64,000 nucleotides of DNA from Minisyncoccota bacterium. GTDB lineage: Bacteria; Patescibacteriota; Minisyncoccia; Phycocordibacterales; VMEP01. Both the position numbers and the translations under genes were made by a program. Shown piece after piece: positions 8,805 to 17,242 of the stretch (position 1 is the first letter of the stretch; each line of letters starts with the position of its first letter). Under the pieces are notes generated by a model, which was not told the DNA's origin, searched no databases, and saw nothing but the letters and a program-made list of their open reading frames with translations. The stretch covers positions 313,986-377,985 of the forward strand of contig JBAZUR010000001.1 of assembly GCA_041661305.1 (NCBI GenBank), in the 5' to 3' direction.

Positions 8805-11150
8805 TTAACGCACCGTCCAGTTATCTTTACTGTTTAGCACCCTTGTCACTCGATTCATAATTTCATCAAGCTCTACATCACTTAATGTTTTTTCTTCGGA
8901 AAGAAAGACGAGATGAAATGCATATGAAATCTTTCCATTTTTTTCAAATCTATCAAACAAATCTATTCGCACAAGCAATTCCCCTGCCTCTTTTTTAATA
9001 ACCCCTAGAACTTCCTCTTCGCTTACTCCGCCCCCCACAAACACAGCAATATCACGAAGCGCGAACGGATAAGGGGAAACATTTTTATAATTTACCGCCG
9101 GCAAAGAAATCTTTGTTGGAACATTATCGCTTGTTGGTTCAGATAATTTTGCAATAAACGCATCAAAGTCTAGCTCAACAATGCATGGCTTTTCGTTAAC
9201 TATGAAATTATCGACGATACTAACTCCGAGGGATTCTTCTATTTCTGCGATAATACTTTTTGCCTCACCAACAAAACTACTCTTCTTTATTCCATCATCA
9301 ATTGCAAAAGATAATTTCCTAACCTCTGTGTTCTTTGTAAACACATTGCCAAATTCAAAAATCTTAATTACTTTTTGCCCAAGAAGAGGAGCATTGTGAA
9401 TGTTTAATTTAAGAGATTCTTCAATCCCCGAAGCAATATTTGAACGTAGTTTTTCTTTATCATCGGCAAGCCCTTTTACGATTGCGACCTCACCTTTATT
9501 GCCAAAAGTGTAAGTCATTACCTCAGAAAACTCGCGAGCAAGTAGTATTTCGCGAATTTTGTTCTCATAATACATACGCTTATGAATTGCTCCGGTATGA
9601 GAAAGCTTTGGTAGGCTTGGCACAAGTTTGTCATAACCCAAAATACGCCCTATTTCTTCGGCCACGTCTTCTTTAATACGGATATCTAAACGTTCAGAAG
9701 GAACATTTATCACATATCGTTCTTCGCTTAAGTCGTCTACCACCCTTCCGTATCCAACTATTTTTCTTGTTGTCGAAAATTCTTCGATTGTTTCTATTAT
9801 AACTTTTCCATGTACTCTTGTAGAGTGAACAATCTTCCCGTCTCCAAGATACATACCAACATGATCAACTCCGCTAGGAACTTTCTCCCCTTTCAAGAAA
9901 TCCACTGATTCAAAATAAATTTTTCCCTCGCCTGAATTAGCAAACACTAAATCTCCGAACCTTAACTCTTCTAAAGTTACTTTTTTTGAAAAAACGTATT
10001 TATCGACAGAAATACTTGGCATCCAAATACCTTTGTATAAATAACTAATCAAGGAAGAGCAGTTAAAAGCAGAAGGTGCGTCTTCGCGCATAATTGAAGG
10101 ATTTTTGTATGGCACCCCGACAACAGCTTTATATGTTCCTGTTATGTAGTCCTGTGGAATTATTTTTTCAAAAGAAAAAGAAAGACGCTTCAATGTACTT
10201 TCTATATCACTATCAGTATATGTAGTTCCTAAAATCAGGTTGAGTTCCGGAAGCGAAATTCCGACATAATATTCTGTATCTTTGCGTGGATATACATCAA
10301 CGACTTCGCTTGCCATTACTTCACCACAAATTTCTTTAATTAAATTCGCTGTCATATAAAGACCTTCTTCCACAAGTGAGTTCGCAATACCGTTTTCAAA
10401 GCGCTTAGATGCATCAGTTCGAAGGTCATATTTTTGTGCTGTTTGGCGAATTAAACTTGGATTAAAGTTGGCACTCTCAAGAACAACACTAGTCGTGTCT
10501 TTGCTTATACCGCTATACTTACCGCCTTTTATGCCAGCAAGGCCGAGTACTTTTTCGTCATCAGCAATTACAAGAGTCTCTCCATCGAGGTTCAAGGTCT
10601 TTTCATCAAGCGTAGTAAACACCTCCCCGTTCTTAGCAAAACGAGTACAGAGCGCACCCTTAATACTTCGTGTGTCATACGCATGCATCGGCTTATTAAG
10701 CGCAAATTGCACGTAATTAGTGGCATCAACTATGTTGTTGATACTTCGCTGTCCAATCGCCTCAAGACGCGATTTTAGCCATTCTGGGCTGTCGCCAACA
10801 AACACACCGTCAATACGCATACTCATAAATCGTGTACAAAACTTTGCATCACCAATTGCGACAATGGGAGCAACTACTGAATCGCCCAAAAAATTATTGT
10901 CTTTTTGAACACGCTCGTCTTCTTTAAAAGTGAGGCTCAAGTCCGCACAGATTTCGCGTGCCAAACCACGATGCCCTAATGCGTCGTGCGCACGGTTTGG
11001 AAGAATTTTAATATCGTAAACTGTATCGTTCGGCAAAGAAATTACCTCCTCTACTTCAAACGACTTTTTGTTTAAAGTATCAGCAATAACAACATCACTT
11101 GGAAGAGTTTCAATAATATAATCTTGTAGCCATTGTTTAGAGAATTTCAT
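8805..11150 (-). CDS. pheT: phenylalanyl-tRNA synthetase beta subunit with an inserted NlpC/P60-like domain; lacks the B2 tRNA-binding domain
   Basis: B1 (ILPNRAHDALGHRGLAREI), B3/B4, B5 (LKRLSFSFEKI), B6/7 (ERLDIRIKEDVAEEIGRILGYDKL) and B8 are recognisable. About 140 aa between B5 and B6 carry an NlpC/P60 signature (FNCSSLISYLY ... FGDLVF ... VDHVGMYLGDGKIVHST). Confidence 0.85.
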   Translation of the reverse strand: MKFSKQWLQDYIIETLPSDVVIADTLNKKSFEVEEVISLPNDTVYDIKILPNRAHDALGHRGLAREICADLSLTFKEDERVQKDNNFLGDSVVAPIVAIGDAKFCTRFMSMRIDGVFVGDSPEWLKSRLEAIGQRSINNIVDATNYVQFALNKPMHAYDTRSIKGALCTRFAKNGEVFTTLDEKTLNLDGETLVIADDEKVLGLAGIKGGKYSGISKDTTSVVLESANFNPSLIRQTAQKYDLRTDASKRFENGIANSLVEEGLYMTANLIKEICGEVMASEVVDVYPRKDTEYYVGISLPELNLILGTTYTDSDIESTLKRLSFSFEKIIPQDYITGTYKAVVGVPYKNPSIMREDAPSAFNCSSLISYLYKGIWMPSISVDKYVFSKKVTLEELRFGDLVFANSGEGKIYFESVDFLKGEKVPSGVDHVGMYLGDGKIVHSTRVHGKVIIETIEEFSTTRKIVGYGRVVDDLSEERYVINVPSERLDIRIKEDVAEEIGRILGYDKLVPSLPKLSHTGAIHKRMYYENKIREILLAREFSEVMTYTFGNKGEVAIVKGLADDKEKLRSNIASGIEESLKLNIHNAPLLGQKVIKIFEFGNVFTKNTEVRKLSFAIDDGIKKSSFVGEAKSIIAEIEESLGVSIVDNFIVNEKPCIVELDFDAFIAKLSEPTSDNVPTKISLPAVNYKNVSPYPFALRDIAVFVGGGVSEEEVLGVIKKEAGELLVRIDLFDRFEKNGKISYAFHLVFLSEEKTLSDVELDEIMNRVTRVLNSKDNWTVR

Positions 11151-11152
11151 AT

Positions 11153-11929
11153 CTAAAATTGATTCACTACCCGAAGATCGCCATTGTATAAAAGTCTCAC
11201 ATCATCAATGCCATATTTGAGCATTACCATACGGTCGATACCACAACCGAAAGCAAAACCACGATATTCCCTCGGATTAATTCCACCCGCTTCAAGTACT
11301 CGTGGATGTACCATTCCTGCTCCACCTATTTCTATCCACCCTGTTTGCTTGCAAATATTGCATCCGCCCCCCTTACACTTAAAACATTGCATATCAAATT
11401 CGTTACCGGGCTCAACAAACGGAAAGTACGACGAGCGTAATCTAATTACGATATCTGTCTCAAAAAAATCTGAGAAAAGTTTTTGCATAACCCCCACCAT
11501 CATTGAAAGCGATGTGTCTTTGCCAACATAAAATCCTTCTATTTGAAAAAACTGAGCCTCGTGAGTCGCGTCTGTCGCCTCGTTGCGAAATACTTTTCCT
11601 GGACACCCGATAGCCAATGGAAACTCGCGACCTTCTGCGACATGTTTCTCCATCGCGCGAATCTGCATATTACTTGTGTGGGTACGCAAAACATAGCCAA
11701 CATCTTCGCCATACTTATTTACACCCCTTTTATCTTTAATCCAAAAAGTGTCCTGCATATCCCTAGCAGGATGATCTCCGGGGATATTTAAAGCATCAAA
11801 ATTATGCCATTCATCTTCAAGCTCTGGCCCATCAACAGTATCGAAGCCCATCCTCGAAAAAATGTCCGAAATACGCATAACAGCTAGCGTTATTGGATGA
11901 ATGTGGCCACTTTTTTCCGGAGACAACAT
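11153..11929 (-). CDS. pheS: phenylalanyl-tRNA synthetase alpha subunit (short form, no N-terminal coiled coil)
   Basis: Class II motifs: FRNEATDATHEAQFFQIEG, GAGMVHPRVLEAGGI, GFAFGCGIDRMVML. CxxC-x5-CxxC knuckle. Ends 3 nt before pheT. Confidence 0.9.
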   Translation of the reverse strand: MLSPEKSGHIHPITLAVMRISDIFSRMGFDTVDGPELEDEWHNFDALNIPGDHPARDMQDTFWIKDKRGVNKYGEDVGYVLRTHTSNMQIRAMEKHVAEGREFPLAIGCPGKVFRNEATDATHEAQFFQIEGFYVGKDTSLSMMVGVMQKLFSDFFETDIVIRLRSSYFPFVEPGNEFDMQCFKCKGGGCNICKQTGWIEIGGAGMVHPRVLEAGGINPREYRGFAFGCGIDRMVMLKYGIDDVRLLYNGDLRVVNQF

Positions 11930-11971
11930 AGTCCTCTGATTATAGCCAAATGAGGCCCTTAAACAAAGTTT

Positions 11972-12910
11972 TTATGGTAATTCTAGGCGATAAAATCTAC
12001 CGTCCACGCCTTTTATAAAATAAGCTCCATTTGAGGCAACGCGAATTTTTGAATCTCGCTCTTTAAAAACCGGGCGTAAATCTGCTTCCCTTGATCCAAT
12101 ATTAAGCTGTAAGGCAACAATCCCAGATGGCCTCTCTATTAAAACAACATCTGTTCGGTCTGGGTAAAATTCAATATTAGAAATTTTTTCCTCACTTTTA
12201 AAAATATCAGTTGTCGTTGCTACAGTACTAGTAGAAACACGGAAAAAATATGGGGCATCTAAAACGTTACCAATCCATAAAGCCGAGATTGTATTATTGT
12301 TTAAATAAACAGCACTCTTACCTGAAATTAAAATGTCGTCAGTTTCATCAAGATCAAATCTTTTATGAATATCGAGAGACTCTTCAAGCTCTTTTTTTTC
12401 TTCTGCTTTAGTTAATTTTCTTTTTTCAAATAAACTTTTAACGGCTAGATATTCTTCCGTACTTGTTGCCACCCTCACGACTTCTTTTGTTGTCGTAGAA
12501 GTGCCTTCTTTTAGCTTACCGAACTGCAACACTTCGTCCAATATAAATTTTTCTGGAGCAAGAAATGCGTAATTCTCAGTAACAATTTTGGGGTATACCA
12601 CAATATTTTTTGCCCAAGGATAATACCCTTCCTTTTTGACCTCAATAAAATAATTACCAATTTTTAAATCCTGAACAAAAAACGACCTAGATAAAAAGCC
12701 GAGCGTATCTCCGGCCCTATTGTTTATATATAAAGTAGAACCCGCTGGACTTAAATAAACAGAAACGCCACCTGTTTCAGAAACAATCCCCTCTCCAAAG
12801 CGATAGCCTGATGTGTATAAAACCAAAATTGGGGAGGCAATAAAAAACACAGCTATCAGCAAATAAAAAAATCTATTTCTGCTCTTAGTTGAAAGTGGTT
12901 TTATTGGCAT
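11972..12910 (-). CDS. PEGA-domain membrane-anchored protein
   Basis: N-terminal TM (FFYLLIAVFFIASPILVLY). PEGA-like segment GGVSVYLSPAGSTLYINNRAGDT...IEVKKEGYYPWAKNIVVYPK. Start taken at the internal Met (MPIKPL), which overlaps the stop of the upstream GT2 gene. The ORF track extends to 12973. Confidence 0.55.
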   Translation of the reverse strand: MPIKPLSTKSRNRFFYLLIAVFFIASPILVLYTSGYRFGEGIVSETGGVSVYLSPAGSTLYINNRAGDTLGFLSRSFFVQDLKIGNYFIEVKKEGYYPWAKNIVVYPKIVTENYAFLAPEKFILDEVLQFGKLKEGTSTTTKEVVRVATSTEEYLAVKSLFEKRKLTKAEEKKELEESLDIHKRFDLDETDDILISGKSAVYLNNNTISALWIGNVLDAPYFFRVSTSTVATTTDIFKSEEKISNIEFYPDRTDVVLIERPSGIVALQLNIGSREADLRPVFKERDSKIRVASNGAYFIKGVDGRFYRLELP

Positions 12911-12912
12911 AT

Positions 12913-14553
12913 TTAAATATTTTTCGTTTTGGCAAAAACTGTTGTTTCTCCTCTGTGTTTTGGTGTTACCCAAAAACCCATATAACGACCAAACATCAAT
13001 CTGGTCTGAGCATCAAGTCCTGGTATGGCACCAAAAATGGTGATAGTAACTGGAACCAAAACCCATTGAATAATCATAAAAAAATTATCTCGCCATGTTC
13101 TATTTGACGGACGCGGTGGCAAAAAAGAATAAGAAATCGCGGCGGTAAGAAAAAGACCAAGCATTGAGATAATCATCAAGTTCCTTGTCATGATTGGAAG
13201 ATTATAAGAAAGAACAGTTTGGTTAAAGATGCTCCCACCTATTATAACTGGTAACCAGCCAAGTAAAAATATAATTAGCGGGTTTGTTGAAAGAGACCAA
13301 TAGCCTTCAAGCTGGACCAAAGAAATTCTTATTTTTTGCAATAATGGAATTCTTTTATTTTTTAAAAAATTCATCAAAATATAAGGAACATTTTCTGATC
13401 CATATGCCCAACGTCTGTGTTGCTTGTACACATTCTTCATTGTTTGCCATAAACTTGAGTCGAGATTTGCATCCATCGAAACAGGATAAGCGATTGAAAC
13501 TATTTCATAGTTTCCATCGTGTGCCATTAAAAGATTCCAGAAAATTCTTGAATCTTCAGAAACCATATTCTTCTGCCAATACCCCACCTCATAAAGAGTT
13601 TTAAAAGAAACAGCGTGAGAAGAAAAAGTGACAAGCTTTTCTGGTCTTTCTTGTTGAATCATCTGCCAGAAAGTAGAAGACATGGCAGCGACGCGTGATG
13701 GCGCTGGGGCATCCCAAATATTGTTGTTATATAAAGGTACTGGCTGAAATGAAGATTGATATGGTTTTTCGCAAGTTAAAAAGTGCCAAGTAAGACAGGT
13801 AAAATAATCAGGATAAACTACCGTGTCACTATCAAAAGCAGAAACTAAAACATCTTCGTATGCAATATTTTTCGCATCCAAAATGAGCTTTCTGGCTTCT
13901 TCTGCCATATAAGAAATATTTGAACCTTTACCAGCCATCTCTCCGGGAATACCATCTCTATGTACAGTCAAAAGAACGTCAAAAAACTTTTCTTTATATT
14001 TTGAAAGTATTGCTTCTCCGCGTAGAATTGCATCTTCCCCGGCCCTTTTTTCTGCTCCTAATACAACGATTATTTTCTTCAAATCATATTTTGATTCAGC
14101 AAGTTTTTCGATTGTATTATTAAGCACGTGTTCGCTTTCGTCGTAGTACGGTAAAACAACCAAGTGGTAGATATGCTCATACTTAAGATTCTCAAGCATT
14201 GAAGACCAGTCTACTTTTAGATTATGCTTTATACGCTTCCAATTATGGCGAAGGTGATAAGAGAGATGTGCTGTTTTCAAAACCCAATACACATCAAAAG
14301 CAATTATGAACATTGCGGCAATAGTCGGAGCAAAAATAGACAATAATATTATTGTAATAATCGTCCCCCAAGCCATAAGGCCAGGAATCATTTCGAGAAA
14401 CCGGTACAAACGATAATCCCCCAAAGAAAGATCAGTGGCGCGGCCCACATGAAAATAAGGAGTACTTATTGACTCCTTATTCACCCAAGAAATATTATGT
14501 TTTTTATCTTCTCCTTCCATAAAGTTGTGCTGGTACAAAATACCGAATTTCAT
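12913..14553 (-). CDS. processive GT2-family glycosyltransferase (cellulose/chitin/hyaluronan synthase-like), multi-pass membrane
   Basis: QHRRWAYG matches the QxxRW motif of processive beta-glycosyltransferases. DSD-type motif (SAFDSDTVVYPDY). TM helices at both ends. Confidence 0.65.
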   Translation of the reverse strand: MKFGILYQHNFMEGEDKKHNISWVNKESISTPYFHVGRATDLSLGDYRLYRFLEMIPGLMAWGTIITIILLSIFAPTIAAMFIIAFDVYWVLKTAHLSYHLRHNWKRIKHNLKVDWSSMLENLKYEHIYHLVVLPYYDESEHVLNNTIEKLAESKYDLKKIIVVLGAEKRAGEDAILRGEAILSKYKEKFFDVLLTVHRDGIPGEMAGKGSNISYMAEEARKLILDAKNIAYEDVLVSAFDSDTVVYPDYFTCLTWHFLTCEKPYQSSFQPVPLYNNNIWDAPAPSRVAAMSSTFWQMIQQERPEKLVTFSSHAVSFKTLYEVGYWQKNMVSEDSRIFWNLLMAHDGNYEIVSIAYPVSMDANLDSSLWQTMKNVYKQHRRWAYGSENVPYILMNFLKNKRIPLLQKIRISLVQLEGYWSLSTNPLIIFLLGWLPVIIGGSIFNQTVLSYNLPIMTRNLMIISMLGLFLTAAISYSFLPPRPSNRTWRDNFFMIIQWVLVPVTITIFGAIPGLDAQTRLMFGRYMGFWVTPKHRGETTVFAKTKNI

Positions 14554-14659
14554 GCATCGGTTACGACACTGGGTGTCTCCTAGGCATTACTCGAGCCTAC
14601 TTTATCAAAAATTCACCACCAACGAAAGCCCCGGAAAACACTCCCCAAAAGGTCGGTAT

Positions 14660-15241
14660 TTAAACCTTATCAGCAAAAACAACAAGGCGATTGGAGTAGC
14701 TCTGCATCGTTTTATCCCATACGCCCTCGCAAGTAATCAGATTGAGATGCGCCTTTCCATCATTTGAACTAAATACATTTGGAGCAACTTCTTTCTCGTC
14801 GTATATCCGAATCTCACGCACCTCGAAAACAACACTGTTCCCCTTTCCATCCTCGACATAGATCTTGTCTCCCTTTTTTAGTCTGTTCAGATCGTCAAAG
14901 ACTGCAGGAATATTGTTTTTCCAACCAAAGTGTCCTGTAATAACCGCTGTTCCCTCTTCTCCCGGGCGTGGTCCAATTTTAAGCCACCCCGCGATGTCAG
15001 GCACTTTCGGTGTATCCATTACACCGTCTATAGCAATTCCTACTTCTTCAACAGACGCATCAACTTCAATGGCTGGAATGCGTAGGTTCATTGGCAACAA
15101 TTCTGGATATTCAATAAAAGATACCTTGCTGTCACCTGTTGAATTACGTGGTGTAAAGTAAGAATAAAGAACAGCCGAAACAATGAACCCTATAAGAAAT
15201 ACTATTGCGAGTGTTTGATTTGAAGAGATTTTTGATTTCAT
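14660..15241 (-). CDS. sortase (transpeptidase), N-terminally membrane-anchored
   Basis: N-terminal TM, conserved His (VITGHFGW), catalytic TLxTC-type motif LNLITCEG, conserved Arg near the C-terminus (YSNRLVVF). Confidence 0.8.
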   Translation of the reverse strand: MKSKISSNQTLAIVFLIGFIVSAVLYSYFTPRNSTGDSKVSFIEYPELLPMNLRIPAIEVDASVEEVGIAIDGVMDTPKVPDIAGWLKIGPRPGEEGTAVITGHFGWKNNIPAVFDDLNRLKKGDKIYVEDGKGNSVVFEVREIRIYDEKEVAPNVFSSNDGKAHLNLITCEGVWDKTMQSYSNRLVVFADKV

Positions 15242-15348
15242 AAACTTGAGAGGATTTAATCCTAAGGCGACATCCGTATCAAAACGGAACCATAAACATA
15301 AACTTCACAGTACACTTTTTAATCCTTCGCCAGAAATCTGGTGAGTAT

Positions 15349-17217
15349 TTAAACCGTGCGCTTTTTTAAGACCACCTTGAGTGTAGTTGAGACCAATGCG
15401 ATAACCCCTATCAATGTGGCAACAAACCATAAAGTATTTCCTCTTTCTGGTGGGAACCCTGCGTTAGGAAAACCAACGGTTGCTCCTAGAACTTCAGGTA
15501 CAACAACTGTAGCCGATGAAAAATCGACGGCTGTTAAGCCATTGGCGTAGCCCACGGCTGTGCCTATATTTGTCGTTGTTTGAGTAATATTTGTCTGACA
15601 AGTAAACGACCATGTTTCGTTACTCTCAAGCAAGTTATTACTGTTGATGTCTCCAGGGTGTCCCGTAACGCGTCCTGGTAGACCAGTACACTTGTCGTCG
15701 GTAATGCTGACGTTCGACAATGGCGCTGTTCCTGGATTAGTTACTGTATACGCATAAGTGACAGCTCCTCCGCCAATCGGCAAAACTGATACGCTTGGCT
15801 TTTTTACTAAATGTATTAATGGTGGTGTTACAGCCGAACCAACAACGACAGTTGCATTCGCAGTGTCATATGTGTCCCATCCGTTATAGAAACCACGAGC
15901 AGTTGCTGTGTTTGTTTCAGTTTGAGAAACTGTTTTAGTACAACGGTATATCCATGCTTCAGACAAGTCGAGCCACGAGTTATTATTTGTATCTCCCGAA
16001 ACAAAATTTACCTGACTACACTTGTTATCCTTAACCCATACATTACTCATCGCAACTGGACCTATATTTGTTGCTGTGTAAGTGTAGTTGACTACCCCAG
16101 CACCAAGAGGTAACGCAACAGGACTTGGTATTTTTGTAATGTTAATAAGTGGCAATGGAGAGAAGGTGCTACCGCCCGTAGATGATGGTGTTGGAGGTGG
16201 TGGTGTATCTGTGTTGGTAATAGTACAAGTTTTACTATCGCCCAAAGCAAGAGTCACGCTGCCACTTGAATTACAGTCTCCGCTAAAAATTGCTGTATAT
16301 GATGGGTTCACGTTTTCGCTCACCACATAAGTACCAGCTGAGAGTGAGTAGGCGGTCCCTGGTGTTACAGCTCCAAGCTGTGGACTACCAGAAACATCAA
16401 CACCCGCACTCTTCACATGTATTGTAAAGTCAGAAGAAACGGCCGTCCCTCCACTCGTGTTAATGACAGTCTTAATAACACGGAGAGTGGTTGGCACAGT
16501 AATTGTGTTTGAGTCAGTTGTAACGGTATGACCAAAAGCCAACACTCTTCCTAAGAGGTGTGCAAAATGCCCCAAAGTAACCCCTGTAGAGCCGAGAGTA
16601 TCGGCAATTATATTACCAACAAAGGTTGGTGTCGGTGATGTTGCAGAGTTCGCTCCAATTGAGGCAAGCCCTGTTGGTGTCCAAAACACATCTGAAGCGC
16701 TCGCACCATTTATCAAAACAACCTTGGAGTTAGCTCCTGTTGTAAGCGCACCACCTGATCTGAAAATATATGTCCCAGGACCATCGAGGGTCACAGTGGT
16801 ACTTAGTGCTATATCCATTGTCCCACTACTAGAGTAACAACCTGGAGTATATGTTCCAGACAAAACAACGTTGGCACCAAGAGATGTACACGCCTGACTA
16901 TTTAAATTTGCCAAAGCCGTTGATTGAGCCGCCCCATTTATACATGGCACAACAGCTTGGCTTAGTGGCGTAACGGTAATCCCATTAATTGATATCGGAG
17001 CTGTGTCTGGTGGTGTGGTATAACAAACATTTCCATTAATAGCTGTCTCAAGTCCAGCATTCAAGGAGTTTGTCCAAGTATCAGAAACAATACCGAATGT
17101 ACTGGCAGTACCAAGTGTTGGTGTAGATGCTGCGGAAACGACAACGGGATTGGCAAATCCTGCAACAAACGCGACTGCTACTGCGACTGCTATTAAATTG
17201 TTTTTGAGTTTTTTCAT
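15349..17217 (-). CDS. secreted DUF3494 (ice-binding-like) / DUF11-repeat surface protein with C-terminal TM-plus-basic-tail anchor (candidate sortase substrate)
   Basis: Signal peptide MKKLKNNLIAVAVAVAFVAGFANPVVVSAAS (the track ORF starts at an upstream GTG; the ATG at 17217 is preferred). DUF3494-like LGTASTFGIVS...GNV. Pro-rich linker TPPPPTPS. Two DUF11-like repeats (xxGxxVTYTYTxTNxGxxxxSNV). C-terminus GFPNAGFPPERGNTLWFVATLIGVIALVSTTLKVVLKKRTV. Confidence 0.65.
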   Translation of the reverse strand: MKKLKNNLIAVAVAVAFVAGFANPVVVSAASTPTLGTASTFGIVSDTWTNSLNAGLETAINGNVCYTTPPDTAPISINGITVTPLSQAVVPCINGAAQSTALANLNSQACTSLGANVVLSGTYTPGCYSSSGTMDIALSTTVTLDGPGTYIFRSGGALTTGANSKVVLINGASASDVFWTPTGLASIGANSATSPTPTFVGNIIADTLGSTGVTLGHFAHLLGRVLAFGHTVTTDSNTITVPTTLRVIKTVINTSGGTAVSSDFTIHVKSAGVDVSGSPQLGAVTPGTAYSLSAGTYVVSENVNPSYTAIFSGDCNSSGSVTLALGDSKTCTITNTDTPPPPTPSSTGGSTFSPLPLINITKIPSPVALPLGAGVVNYTYTATNIGPVAMSNVWVKDNKCSQVNFVSGDTNNNSWLDLSEAWIYRCTKTVSQTETNTATARGFYNGWDTYDTANATVVVGSAVTPPLIHLVKKPSVSVLPIGGGAVTYAYTVTNPGTAPLSNVSITDDKCTGLPGRVTGHPGDINSNNLLESNETWSFTCQTNITQTTTNIGTAVGYANGLTAVDFSSATVVVPEVLGATVGFPNAGFPPERGNTLWFVATLIGVIALVSTTLKVVLKKRTV

Positions 17218-17242
17218 TTTTTTATAATATTTAATTATTGCT

